A stretch of 64,000 bases of DNA. It comes from Theionarchaea archaeon (GTDB taxonomy: Archaea; Methanobacteriota_B; Thermococci; Methanofastidiosales; SZ-28-30). Location of the stretch: the NCBI GenBank assembly GCA_018992685.1, contig JACVGT010000018.1, forward strand, positions 192,001-256,000, given 5' to 3'. The translations under genes were made by a program, and so were the position numbers. Shown here in pieces: positions 20,544 through 30,639 of this stretch (position 1 is the first letter of the stretch; each line of letters starts with the position of its first letter). The notes below the pieces were generated by a model that did no database searches, had not been told where the DNA came from, and worked only from the letters and a program-made list of their open reading frames with translations.

Positions 20544-21461
20544 CTACATTTCCTTCAAGAAGTGAGGGGTGGCATCCCGCACTGGGTCGAATTTCTCCCA
20601 GTTTTTGACCACAGTACACACCATGGATACCTTGGAATGCAGTGAAGTCGGCAGCCTCAGAATTCGTTTAATATCTATGGTACATTTCCCATCGACCGAT
20701 TCTGCATTAACCAGTGATAGTTCCTCCAGCAAAGATTCCAGAGCTTTTTTCTTGATTATTCCTTCCAGGCGCATTTTATCTCTGCTGGTCAAAGCTTCAA
20801 TGATGGAATCTCTGTTCTCGAGAAGTGTTGAACCCCCTCTCATGGCAAGGCTCCTCATTTTGGAGAGTGTCACCCCACTCATCCTCCGGAAAGCTGAAGA
20901 ATACCCCTTCACCATGAAAAGATCTGAGGGAACCTTAGACCCTGTCACAAATGTGAAAACACTGCCCCTGTCTCTGATGCTCATGGCTTCCTCATCAGTA
21001 CACCTGACGTGATATCCCCTCCCTGAGTAGACCAGGAACAGCTTGCTCACTCCAAAGCTCTCTTTCAGCGTCTCGATGAGGGTCAGAGCGACATCTCGCG
21101 CATCTTCCAGGCAGATTTCACACACCTCCCCTGCTTTGCATTCGCATCGGCGAGCAGGGAGATCACGAGCATCAATATCAAATACCAGCTCAGCCCTCAG
21201 CCATCCTTCTCTCTGGGAAGGCACGTCGTAATGAGAAACACTGGAGTATATGGCGTACGGTGCAGCCTTTCGGATTCTGGAACTCAACTCGTCAAGAGAG
21301 GAAAAGGCATTGTACCTGTCATTTGGGCCTGTACCATCATTATCAAAGGCGAATTCCAGAAAGCGAAAATAATCAGTAATAAAAGAAGGAAGATCACGAG
21401 GATTCCATTCCCGAGCAAAATACTCTCGTCTATCTTGAAGGGTAGCTTCTCTGAACTCCAT
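20544..21461 (-). CDS. priS: DNA primase small subunit
   Basis: ELVFDID, YSGRGYH, IKRILRLPTSLH, Zn motif. Confidence 0.93.
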   Translation of the reverse strand: MEFREATLQDRREYFAREWNPRDLPSFITDYFRFLEFAFDNDGTGPNDRYNAFSSLDELSSRIRKAAPYAIYSSVSHYDVPSQREGWLRAELVFDIDARDLPARRCECKAGEVCEICLEDARDVALTLIETLKESFGVSKLFLVYSGRGYHVRCTDEEAMSIRDRGSVFTFVTGSKVPSDLFMVKGYSSAFRRMSGVTLSKMRSLAMRGGSTLLENRDSIIEALTSRDKMRLEGIIKKKALESLLEELSLVNAESVDGKCTIDIKRILRLPTSLHSKVSMVCTVVKNWEKFDPVRDATPHFLKEM

Positions 21462-22107
21462 GGTCTTTCTCTAAACGAGTTATTATTCCCCCAACCTCAG
21501 CTGAAATTTCATCAATTGATCTGGTTCCGTCAAGGGTGATAAGGGTTCCTTTGTCCTTGTAGTACTGGATCAGAGGAGTTGTCTGCTTCTTGTAGATTTC
21601 AAATCGGTGTGTAATAGCTCCGGGGGTATCATCAGCTCTTTGATACAGATCTTCCCCACACGTGTCACACAGACCTTTCTGGCGGGGTGGATTGTACGAT
21701 GTGTGATAAATGGCGTTGCACTCAGGACAGGTCAGCCTTCCTGAAAGTCTTTCCACCAGGCTATCAAGAGGTACATCAATGGAGATTACGGCATCAAGGG
21801 CGAGGTTCATCTCTTCCAGAACATCATCCAGTGTTGTGGCCTGCTCCAGGGTTCGGGGAAACCCATCCAGGATGAACTGGTCTCCGTTGGAAATAGCTTC
21901 TCTCACAAGTTCAATGACTATTGAGTCAGGAACCAGAGCTCCTCTTTCCATGTACTCCTGGGCCTTTGTACCTGCAGGAGTACCCTTGTCTGCTGCTTCC
22001 CTGAGGAGGTCTCCTGTAGAAATCTGAGGAATTCCCAGGCTTCTGGCTATTACTTGAGCCTGAGTCCCCTTTCCGCTCCCGGGGGGTCCAAGAAAAACGA
22101 TCCTCAT
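21430..22107 (-). CDS. adk: Adenylate kinase (bacterial-type, Zn LID)
   Basis: GPPGSGKGTQ, ILDGFPRT, CPEC..CDTC. Confidence 0.95.
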   Translation of the reverse strand: MRIVFLGPPGSGKGTQAQVIARSLGIPQISTGDLLREAADKGTPAGTKAQEYMERGALVPDSIVIELVREAISNGDQFILDGFPRTLEQATTLDDVLEEMNLALDAVISIDVPLDSLVERLSGRLTCPECNAIYHTSYNPPRQKGLCDTCGEDLYQRADDTPGAITHRFEIYKKQTTPLIQYYKDKGTLITLDGTRSIDEISAEVGGIITRLEKDHGVQRSYPSR

Positions 22108-22188
22108 ACTGTCACCTGAGCATACACAGAGTACCACCATAAAAAGCTTTTCAGTGCCAGGTGATTTGCCCAGCTATCTTGTCTCCAC

Positions 22189-23556
22189 TCACTGTTCAGC
22201 CATATTGGGTTCAGGGGGACTCTTCAACTCCTTCTCGAGAATGGCAAGATTCTCCCTATCAAAGGCCCTGCCGTCATAGCTCAGGATAAATCTGCACTGC
22301 TGCTGGACAACTCTGTCATCAAGACAATACAGAAACTTCATGATCGTGTCAAACGAATTGTGGATCATGAGAAACTCAAACCCTTCAAACAGTACGCAGG
22401 AAACGGGGTACTCTTTTATGAAACTGCTTATCATGTGAGTCAGCTTGGCGAGGTCGATGGGACTCACACTCCACGAATTCTCCTCATTGATGGCAAGCCA
22501 GATCATGGGGACACGGTCCAGGTCCCATTCCCTGAAAAAGATATCAGGGTGCTCTCTGCTCACCACAAGCCCGAAATCGCCCCGTATCAGCTGATCTCTA
22601 AAGATCCCCCTGGCTACCCCATAATCAGGTGAATCTACCCTGTAGGAGCTGCCCACAGGAAGTTTTTTCGCATGATCCATAAATGGACATTGTTCCCTGT
22701 ATTGAGCGAATATCTGACACCATGTAATCTGACTGCAACGATGGCAGTTGACGCCCTTTTCATTTGCACATATGTATATCGGGCACTCCCTCTTCTGCTG
22801 CTCCTCGGCTGCTGCACAACTCTTGCATCTCCCCGTCTGAAAAGAAGAACACAAAGAACACCTGCCTCCACACAGCGCATCTTTCATGGTCAATGCTTTC
22901 TGCACAGGGTAAATAATGGAACTTCCCTCCACATAGGAATATCCAAACGCCACCGTGCTGAATAAAGCAAACATAGACCCGATTTTTGGCAACCCCCATC
23001 CCATCAAAGGGGAGAAGACTTCAAAAATATAAGCAAATGCCATGGAAAACATGAATCCCTGCATCATAACGTCCACACGATGAATCTTTCCCAACTCTTT
23101 GAGTTTCATCCTCTCAGCATAGAGGAGTATGAATACCGTGACCGTCAGCGTGAGGTGAATCACTGCCAGATATAAAAACGTGGGCCCCGGCTCAAATGGG
23201 GGCGAGGTACCCGGCCGAATGAAAGCGTCTGTGAGGATTAGAACCATGAAGGGAATGCACAAGACTTTCGAGAAATAGTAAGGGATCTTGAATCTATTTT
23301 CGGAAATATGATAAGCCAGGTGATACAGTTCTGAAGGCAAAATGAAGAAGGGTATATACGACAGTCGTGTCCACCATATTGTCTCCCGATGTGAAGCTAA
23401 TGCACCCGCTTCGGTAATTCCCCACGCCCCAATAAGCAGTGCAACCAAGAAGAACCTTCTCACTATTTTTGAGTCGGGGGATTCCCAGTATATCCACAAT
23501 CCAATGCCGAGGCTGCACAAGGCTCCCAGCATGGCTGCAGCTCCGTAAACCTCCAT
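22189..23556 (-). CDS. 7TM sensor + Cys-rich (DUF3795-like) + DUF835 protein
   Basis: HisKA_7TM-like N-terminus; 11-Cys segment; GLVVSREHP..MIWL..LFEGFEFLMIHNSF..LEKE. Confidence 0.75.
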   Translation of the reverse strand: MEVYGAAAMLGALCSLGIGLWIYWESPDSKIVRRFFLVALLIGAWGITEAGALASHRETIWWTRLSYIPFFILPSELYHLAYHISENRFKIPYYFSKVLCIPFMVLILTDAFIRPGTSPPFEPGPTFLYLAVIHLTLTVTVFILLYAERMKLKELGKIHRVDVMMQGFMFSMAFAYIFEVFSPLMGWGLPKIGSMFALFSTVAFGYSYVEGSSIIYPVQKALTMKDALCGGRCSLCSSFQTGRCKSCAAAEEQQKRECPIYICANEKGVNCHRCSQITWCQIFAQYREQCPFMDHAKKLPVGSSYRVDSPDYGVARGIFRDQLIRGDFGLVVSREHPDIFFREWDLDRVPMIWLAINEENSWSVSPIDLAKLTHMISSFIKEYPVSCVLFEGFEFLMIHNSFDTIMKFLYCLDDRVVQQQCRFILSYDGRAFDRENLAILEKELKSPPEPNMAEQ

Positions 23557-23773
23557 TGCATCTACTCCCTTTCATCCTCCCCTCCTTTTCCTGAAAGAAT
23601 GTAGGAGTGCGATCATAAAAACCTTTCCATCCTGAACAGGGAATCTTCCGAGTGTGGAAAATACTCTTCGCCTGATTGGCAAAAAGTGTGAGGTCTGCTG
23701 TTCGTAGACGCGATCTTCTCAGTCACAATCAACAGTCCAGTGGGTACGTGCTGCATCTCGCGTTATGGGCACA

Positions 23774-24913
23774 CTATCCCACTACATACGCTTCTCCAGT
23801 GATTTCCCCTTCAAACCGGCTCAAGGTAAGATCATCTATGGGCATGGATGGTTTCCCATCTACAATGAGCTCAGCAACTAACTCAGTAACCTTGGGGGCA
23901 ACCATGAACCCGTGTCCACTGTAACCATTGGCCTGGCAGAACCGATCTACCCCCTCTGTCCATCCCAGAATTGGTTGTGCATCTGGAGTAACATCATACA
24001 GCCCTGCCCACTGGCGGAGAACATTGAGATGACCAAAGGCAGGCACCAGCTCAACCATGGTCCTGGCCATTCGTTTCAAGAACCGCAGACTCCCTGAAAG
24101 GTTGTAGGACGATGGTTCTTCAGGGTCACCAATACCTCCAATGATAGAACCATGCTTCTGCTGTGAGAAGTATATTCCTGTCTTAAAGGATATGACCATG
24201 GGATCCAGTACGTGTTCCAACGGTTCAGTTACCAGGATCTCATGACGGTAGGGTTTATTAGGCAAATCTACCCCCACCATAGCAGCAATGTCTCTAGAAT
24301 GGGCTCCTGCAGCATTGACTACGGTGTCGGTCTTTACTGTTCCCTTATCAGTCCTTACGGCCTGAATATGACCATCTACAGCTACAATGTCTGTAACATT
24401 GGTGAATTTGTTGATCTCAACCCCCATCTCCTGCGCTTTCCTTGCATATCCATGAACTACCCGGAAGGGGTTGGCATGTCCATCAGTCTGGCAGAACGTT
24501 GCTCCTGCTATGGGATCCGTATTCAACAAAGGGACAATCTCCTGAGCTTCTGCGGGAGTGATAAACCTGCTGTGGAGGCCCAGCGAGTTCTGCAACCTGA
24601 CGTTCTTCCTGAACTGATCCACGTCGTCCTCATATGCAATGATCAGGTACCCTCCCTGTTCATACTCAATGTCTGTATCAAGTTCCTCTGAGAGCTGCTC
24701 AAAAAGGCGCACACTTTCCATTGCCAGAGCAATATTGGCTTCTGTCGTGAACTGCTGTCTGATACCCCCACCGCACCGGCCGGAGGCTCCCGTACACAGA
24801 CCCCCCCTCTCCAGAACTACAACATCGGTCAGTCCCTTCTTCGCCAGGCTATAAGCAGTTCCACATCCCGTGACCCCTCCTCCTATGATCACTGCTTCTG
24901 CCTTTTCTCTCAT
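23774..24913 (-). CDS. pdhB: Dye-linked L-proline dehydrogenase / sarcosine oxidase beta-like FAD subunit
   Basis: IIGGGVTG, GASGRCGGGIRQQF, WAGLYDVTPD, GYSGHGFM. Confidence 0.85.
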   Translation of the reverse strand: MREKAEAVIIGGGVTGCGTAYSLAKKGLTDVVVLERGGLCTGASGRCGGGIRQQFTTEANIALAMESVRLFEQLSEELDTDIEYEQGGYLIIAYEDDVDQFRKNVRLQNSLGLHSRFITPAEAQEIVPLLNTDPIAGATFCQTDGHANPFRVVHGYARKAQEMGVEINKFTNVTDIVAVDGHIQAVRTDKGTVKTDTVVNAAGAHSRDIAAMVGVDLPNKPYRHEILVTEPLEHVLDPMVISFKTGIYFSQQKHGSIIGGIGDPEEPSSYNLSGSLRFLKRMARTMVELVPAFGHLNVLRQWAGLYDVTPDAQPILGWTEGVDRFCQANGYSGHGFMVAPKVTELVAELIVDGKPSMPIDDLTLSRFEGEITGEAYVVG

Positions 24914-25173
24914 TCTTCGTCACCTGCAAATAGTGATAGGGACAGGGGCTGTAAGGGTGGTCTGGTCGTGGGACGTGATACTTCTGCTGCAGATTTTCCA
25001 GTCTCCCGGGCTACCACCCTGGTTATCAGAGGTATACATGTCCGTCCCTGACAGGGCCCCATGCCGCACCTCAATACGTGTTTTATTTCGTCCAGCGTGG
25101 TATATCCCTGGTCAATGGCCTTCAAAATGTCTTCTTTGGTTATGTCCTCACATCTGCACACCATTTCCGTCAT
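24910..25173 (-). CDS. BFD-like [2Fe-2S] subunit
   Basis: CRCEDI, CGMGPCQGRTC, RPP. Confidence 0.88.
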   Translation of the reverse strand: MTEMVCRCEDITKEDILKAIDQGYTTLDEIKHVLRCGMGPCQGRTCIPLITRVVARETGKSAAEVSRPTTRPPLQPLSLSLFAGDEE

Positions 25174-25643
25174 TGAATCCTCCTCACATTGCGGACCTTC
25201 ATAGCCAGATCTCTTGGAACTAGAACAGATAAGACAGCAGTCTTATTCTTGTGAACTCTCACTCTTTCAATCTCACCCTTTCCGCACGGAGTTCCTTCTC
25301 TATCCAGGAGGTCAACTCGTTCTCCCTTTTCCGGAAGAGGGATGAATTCGTAAGGCAGCATCACCAGTGCTTTGTCCTGAGAATAGTCAAAATCCACCAC
25401 AAAGACTGCCAGCCCAGGGCATTCTGCAATGCAGGCGCCGCACCCCCCACACTTCTCAACAATGAGCTGTGGTCTGCCCACCAGTGAATCCTTAACCAGG
25501 GCATCAGAAGGACAGGCTGTCACACAGGGGTCGCAGGGGATGTCTTCAACACATTCAACAATGGCTATCTTTCCTTTGAGTTCAGGCGTCATCTCTTTCA
25601 ACTGAGATTCTGTAAGCACTCCTGTCTTACGGTGTTCATTCAT
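25170..25643 (-). CDS. 4Fe-4S ferredoxin subunit
   Basis: C..IPCDPCVTACP and CGGCGACIAECP. Confidence 0.88.
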   Translation of the reverse strand: MNEHRKTGVLTESQLKEMTPELKGKIAIVECVEDIPCDPCVTACPSDALVKDSLVGRPQLIVEKCGGCGACIAECPGLAVFVVDFDYSQDKALVMLPYEFIPLPEKGERVDLLDREGTPCGKGEIERVRVHKNKTAVLSVLVPRDLAMKVRNVRRIQ

Positions 25644-27060
25644 GCAATTCCTCCATTATGGCAAATACTCTCTCCTTTCCCTGACGGGCCCTTTCCCCAA
25701 AGGATCCTGAACGTAACAGCCGTAATTCTTCGTATGATTCTTTCGACTCCTTTTCTGTCTCAAGTGTTGATAGTCCCAGAGCTTTCACGCAGGAGAGGGC
25801 TGCTATTTTCCCCTCCATCATGGCAGTATTGGCTTCACCGATTCCTGCTGCATCCCCTGCAGCATACATACCCTTGACAGTCGTTTCCATTGCGGGAGAG
25901 TGTACTGGTGTATTTCCACCCAGTTCAGGGATGTGAGCAATCCTGCACCCTGCCTGACAGAAGAATTCAATTGAGGGCGATAACCCTACTGCCAGACAGA
26001 TTGTATCCACATCGAATTTTCTCTCGGTTCCAGGTATGTGATTCCAGTCTTTATCCAGTGAGACTGTGACTGCACCGGTCACGTACTCTTCTCCCAGGGC
26101 TTTCAAAATGCTGGTAGAGGTATAAATGGGAACACCGCACCGCCTGACCTTGGCTGCGTGTACGTGGTATCCTCCGATACGCGGAAGAGCCTCCACAACC
26201 CCCACTACTTTCACACCTGCCTGCAATAGCTGGTAGCTGACAATCAATCCCACATTTCCTGCCCCAACCATGAGTACTGAATTTCCGGGTACAATACCAT
26301 ATACATTCATGAGAGTCTGGACTGCCCCTGCTCCATACACACCAGGAAGGTCATTATTTTCAAAAAGCAGCATATTCTCAGAAGCACCTGTTGCCACAAT
26401 GACTTTCTCAGCCTCCAATTCAGCAAGGGTTCCATCTTTCACCAGGACAAGCCGGTGGCCCCTGTCATTGTAGTGCCCCACGACAGCTGCCTGCAGCATG
26501 ACGAAGGACTCAGCCTCCCGGTACAAGATCTTGGCAATCTCTGTTCCTCTGGTACCTGCACGTTCCCTGCTTGATCCAAAAAACTTGTGAGTCTGCTTAA
26601 CCAACTGTCCACCCGCATGGGGATTCTCATCGATGACCAGAACAGAAGCCCCATATGCATGGGCAGTCACGGCTGCATTGAGTCCTGCAGGTCCTGCTCC
26701 TATCACCGCAACTTGTGTTTTCATGTGGCTGATATGGGATTTCTTCGGCCCTGTAAACGGTTTCAAGACACCCTTGTGCTGTGATTCAACCACCATGCCC
26801 TCCTCAACCAGCGTGACACAGGTTTTAACATTGGGCACACCGTTGACATTCATCATGCACGAGGCACACTTCCCGATGGCACAAAAAAACCCCCTGGGCC
26901 TGGAATAGGTAATACTCCGGGAGAGGACTTTGATCCCTGCTGCATGGAGTGCTGCTGCAATAGTCTCTCCTTCATATGCTTCAAGTGGCCCTCCATTGAA
27001 GGTAAAATGGATTACTCTCTTTCGTTGAAAACTAAGGAGTGGATGCTCTGTGATTCTCAT
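25636..27060 (-). CDS. pdhA: Proline dehydrogenase / sarcosine oxidase alpha-like (2Fe-2S + FAD/NAD)
   Basis: RGFFCAIGKCASC, IGAGPAG, VATGASE, YAAGD; order matches the Thermococcales four-subunit PDH. Confidence 0.85.
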   Translation of the reverse strand: MRITEHPLLSFQRKRVIHFTFNGGPLEAYEGETIAAALHAAGIKVLSRSITYSRPRGFFCAIGKCASCMMNVNGVPNVKTCVTLVEEGMVVESQHKGVLKPFTGPKKSHISHMKTQVAVIGAGPAGLNAAVTAHAYGASVLVIDENPHAGGQLVKQTHKFFGSSRERAGTRGTEIAKILYREAESFVMLQAAVVGHYNDRGHRLVLVKDGTLAELEAEKVIVATGASENMLLFENNDLPGVYGAGAVQTLMNVYGIVPGNSVLMVGAGNVGLIVSYQLLQAGVKVVGVVEALPRIGGYHVHAAKVRRCGVPIYTSTSILKALGEEYVTGAVTVSLDKDWNHIPGTERKFDVDTICLAVGLSPSIEFFCQAGCRIAHIPELGGNTPVHSPAMETTVKGMYAAGDAAGIGEANTAMMEGKIAALSCVKALGLSTLETEKESKESYEELRLLRSGSFGERARQGKERVFAIMEELHE

Positions 27061-27245
27061 GATACTCGACCTACCGCTTGCATAGCTCTTATCCTATATA
27101 AGGTTTTAGCGCTTTAGCGAAGCTCTTCCTTTGTGAAGCAACCATTCTCTTTCATTGGTGTTGGCGAGAACCCATCACCAATGGGCCTCAGAATCGTCTG
27201 TCCTGACCTCCTGAGATAGTTCCACGTCCATGAAACCCCTGAAAT

Positions 27246-27539
27246 TCAGTAGATCTCCAGCAGGCGTCTTACAGCATTCTCTGCAATTCCTTCCAGATCA
27301 TCAAGGCACCTGTAGATATCCCCATCCACAATAGAATAGTAGATTGATTTTCCTTCCTTCCTATCTGTCAGTACATTCGCATCTTTAAGAATTCTCAGAT
27401 GCTGTGATACGTTGGACTGAGAGGTGCCGATGTAGGGCACAATCTCGCAAACACATTTCTCCCCATCCCGCAAGAATTCCAGGATATTCAACCGAGTTTC
27501 GTCACTTAATGCCTTCAGAATCCTGAGCTTAAGATGCAT
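27246..27539 (-). CDS. arsR: ArsR/SmtB repressor
   Basis: KALSDETRL, EKCVCEI, SQSNVSQHL. Confidence 0.92.
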   Translation of the reverse strand: MHLKLRILKALSDETRLNILEFLRDGEKCVCEIVPYIGTSQSNVSQHLRILKDANVLTDRKEGKSIYYSIVDGDIYRCLDDLEGIAENAVRRLLEIY

Positions 27540-27542
27540 AAT

Positions 27543-27564
27543 AATATTAGTGATGACTTATATT
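27543..27564. promoter_or_regulatory. Putative ArsR operator
   Basis: AATATTAG-N6-CTTATATT overlapping the arsR TATA; similar site at 31686-31703. Confidence 0.6.
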
Positions 27565-27670
27565 TAAACCTACGGGTACTGTCTCTCAACCGATCAATAA
27601 GTATATAAATACATCATTATATATTGGCCAATCATGCTGGACATCAACAAGATCTGTGAGGAGGAAGAGA

Positions 27671-28798
27671 ATGAAAGAAAAAAAACTATCCATCTTTGAG
27701 AAATACCTGACTGTATGGGTTCTTGGCTGTATTGCGGGAGGCATCCTCCTGGGAAAGCTGGCACCTGGAGTCGCTCTCGCTCTGGATTCATTCTCGGTCT
27801 ATCAGGTTTCAGTTCCGATTGCAGTGTGTCTCTTCTTCATGATGTACCCCATTATGGTGAAGATCGATTTCGCAGAGGTGGTGAGAGCTGCCAAAACCCC
27901 CAAACCTGTGGGACTCACTCTGTTCATCAACTGGGCAATTAAGCCTTTCACCATGTACCTGATCGCTTCTTTCTTTCTGGGGGTTGTGTTCAGAGGATTC
28001 ATTCCGGGAACTGAAGTAGTGAAGACAGGACAGGAGGTTGAATTGTGGAGAAGCTATATATCTGGTGCAATTCTGCTGGGGATTGCTCCCTGTACTGCCA
28101 TGGTTCTCATGTGGAGTTACCTTGCTAAAGGGAATGATGGGTTAACCCTGGTCATGGTGGCTATTAATTCTCTGACAATGCTGGTGCTGTATGCTCCTTT
28201 GGGAGGATTTCTCTTGGGAGTCAACGCAATGCCCATTCCCTGGCAAACTATTGTGCTGTCTGTAACCTTCTATGTGGCAGTGCCGTTGGTTGCAGGGTAT
28301 TTCTCCCGAAAACAGATCATCAAGTCCAAGGGAAAGCAGTGGTTTACTGAGAAATTCTTGCATCTCCTTACTCCAGTAAGCATTGTTGCACTTCTGGCGA
28401 CCCTGGTATTACTATTCGCCTTCAAGGGGGAGGTAATTGTTGAGAACCCCCTGACCATTCTGTGGATTGCTGTCCCTCTGTTCGTTCAGACAGTCGTAAT
28501 CTTCAGTCTGGGATACTTCGTGCTGGCCCGTCTGCTAAATCTATCCTATCACGATGCAGCCCCGTCCGCAATGATAGGTGCTTCAAACCATTTTGAGGTG
28601 GCAATTGCAACCGCCACGATTCTGTTCGGGCTATCATCAGGTGCATCCCTGGCTACTGTTGTCGGGGTGCTCATTGAAGTGCCTGTCATGTTGATGCTGG
28701 TTTCTGTCTGTAAGAGAACATGCCATCTCTTCTCTGAATGCAATCTGGACCTGCCTCAGTGTCACAACGATTCTGAGGCAGATAGTACTGCTCATTGA
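27671..28798 (+). CDS. acr3: Arsenite efflux permease Acr3
   Basis: [29 protein letters not shown]. Confidence 0.95.
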   Translation: MKEKKLSIFEKYLTVWVLGCIAGGILLGKLAPGVALALDSFSVYQVSVPIAVCLFFMMYPIMVKIDFAEVVRAAKTPKPVGLTLFINWAIKPFTMYLIASFFLGVVFRGFIPGTEVVKTGQEVELWRSYISGAILLGIAPCTAMVLMWSYLAKGNDGLTLVMVAINSLTMLVLYAPLGGFLLGVNAMPIPWQTIVLSVTFYVAVPLVAGYFSRKQIIKSKGKQWFTEKFLHLLTPVSIVALLATLVLLFAFKGEVIVENPLTILWIAVPLFVQTVVIFSLGYFVLARLLNLSYHDAAPSAMIGASNHFEVAIATATILFGLSSGASLATVVGVLIEVPVMLMLVSVCKRTCHLFSECNLDLPQCHNDSEADSTAH

Positions 28799-28818
28799 CA
28801 GGATCTTCCCTTTTTTCC

Positions 28819-29631
28819 TCAGGAAATTTCCCCGCTATTCTTTGACCTTCTCTCTGCAAGTTCCCGTGCTATTACCAATCCCACACCTATTATGCCTACT
28901 ACAAGGGGAAGCCACCTGATGAGCGTGGGGTCAGAACTCACACAAGGGACAATATAGGATATGCCCACACTGATGAGGACAACTCCCAGGACACTGCTGA
29001 CCTCCCTCCACAGATGAGAAAGCCTCTGGAGAGCGGTCCTCGCCCTGGTAGCCCCGAAATACAGCAGACCTGTGTACACAAGTATTGGCACATTGACTCC
29101 TAATCCAAAAAAGAGAGGCAGAGAGTACCCTTCTGATACCTGGACTGCCAGCGGGATCAACATTCCAAAGAAGAGCGCAGCAGAGTACGGGCAGAAAGCA
29201 AGCCCCAGCAGGAGTCCCAGTACCAGTGCTCCCACAAGACCCATGGTATGGGTCTTGAACATCAATCGGGCAAGAATCCCTCCTCCAAAGCCCCGATTAA
29301 TGGAAATCACGTTCAAGAACAGCGCACCGAAGAGAATGAGCATGCATCCCAGCAAAAGACTTCCTGCAGTCTGAGAGAATAGCGCAATCTTGCCGATGGT
29401 GTGACCTGCAGAGATCATCAGACCACCAATGATCAAGAACGTGATGATTCTTCCCAGACTGATAAGGGTTCCCACCACCACAGCATACTTGGGCAAAACC
29501 ATTGTGCGGGATATGAAGGCTGCTCCTGAAACATTGGCGGCCAGTGCACAGGGACTGACTGCTGTCACCAGCCCCAGAAAGAAGGCAGTGGCAATTGGGA
29601 TCTGGTTTGTTGCTTGTGTCCAATCAAACAC
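28819..29631 (-). CDS. ArsG/CcdA-like membrane protein
   Basis: SPCALAAN and LAFCPYSAALFFGMLIP; GTG 29631 follows SD GGGAGG. Confidence 0.8.
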   Translation of the reverse strand: MFDWTQATNQIPIATAFFLGLVTAVSPCALAANVSGAAFISRTMVLPKYAVVVGTLISLGRIITFLIIGGLMISAGHTIGKIALFSQTAGSLLLGCMLILFGALFLNVISINRGFGGGILARLMFKTHTMGLVGALVLGLLLGLAFCPYSAALFFGMLIPLAVQVSEGYSLPLFFGLGVNVPILVYTGLLYFGATRARTALQRLSHLWREVSSVLGVVLISVGISYIVPCVSSDPTLIRWLPLVVGIIGVGLVIARELAERRSKNSGEIS

Positions 29632-29647
29632 GACATGACCTCCCAAT

Positions 29648-30082
29648 TCACAGCTGCTGTAGCGCATCGTCCAGCACTGTTTTCAGCAGGCTAATATAGC
29701 GGTCGTGGTCAAAACAATACTGCCACACTTCTGCATTTTCATTGATATGGTCAGTACCTTCTTTCACTATGTTAATGTACAACGAGGCGCCATACGCGTC
29801 GTATTTACTGGCCAGCTCCGGATTTTCCTCAACACAAACATCCAGGTATCTGATCGTCTCGGATTCAAATTCTCCTGGGAAGAATTCTTTGATAGTTTCT
29901 TCCGCCCACTTGCCCACGTTTATGCAACAGGTACACTGATTGATCCTGTGAAAATGCACCACCAGAATCTGGGATTCCTTTGTCACATCAGTTGACATGT
30001 CAGAGGATGGTTCCTCTGGGCTGTCTTGTAGGCACAGGCTGAAAGCCATCAAGATTCCGAGCAGGATAAGAGCGCGTCTCAT
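29648..30082 (-). CDS. ArsF-family thioredoxin-like (lipo)protein
   Basis: Signal/lipobox FSLC; VHFHRINQCTCC. Confidence 0.75.
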   Translation of the reverse strand: MRRALILLGILMAFSLCLQDSPEEPSSDMSTDVTKESQILVVHFHRINQCTCCINVGKWAEETIKEFFPGEFESETIRYLDVCVEENPELASKYDAYGASLYINIVKEGTDHINENAEVWQYCFDHDRYISLLKTVLDDALQQL

Positions 30083-30345
30083 TCCGAACCATCTCCTAAG
30101 ACCTTTTTCACCGCGCTTTCCAGGGTTTCGACAGACGGTATCCTGCCAACCTCCACTGTCAGATCGTTGACCATTACAGTGGGAGTCATCATAATGCCAC
30201 ATTCCTCAGCCTCCTCTGAAAACACATCGCACTTCTTCACAGTTACTCCTTCAAATTTCTGAGCCACTTCAGCTGCAACCTTCTCTGCACCTTTGCATTT
30301 TGCGCAGCCAGGCTCAGGACCGAACACACGGATAACGACCTCCAT
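30079..30345 (-). CDS. Small redox-active disulfide protein (thioredoxin family)
   Basis: PGCAKC, IMMTP, GRIPS. Confidence 0.85.
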   Translation of the reverse strand: MEVVIRVFGPEPGCAKCKGAEKVAAEVAQKFEGVTVKKCDVFSEEAEECGIMMTPTVMVNDLTVEVGRIPSVETLESAVKKVLGDGSE

Positions 30346-30366
30346 TTTACCACCTCCTCATTTATT

Positions 30367-30639
30367 TCATTCTCTGGGTTGATCTCTTTTTAGATCGGTG
30401 ATGAAAGCCTTGATCTCCTTGATATCAGGAAATGAAATGGCACCTTGGGGACATAGCGACTGGCAATTGGAACAGCCCACCACACACTGATACGGGTGAT
30501 CCACTTTCGCGGTAGTGCCTTCCATTTGGTATACAGAATGAGGACAGAACTCAAAGCACGTCTTGCACGCGGTACACTTCTTTTCATCAATGGTAGGAAA
30601 CCACGGGATTTTTTCCCTCTGAATATTGCGCCACATCAT
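30367..30639 (-). CDS. 2x[4Fe-4S] ferredoxin
   Basis: CTACKTCFEFCP and CVVGCSNCQSLCP. Confidence 0.9.
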   Translation of the reverse strand: MMWRNIQREKIPWFPTIDEKKCTACKTCFEFCPHSVYQMEGTTAKVDHPYQCVVGCSNCQSLCPQGAISFPDIKEIKAFITDLKRDQPRE

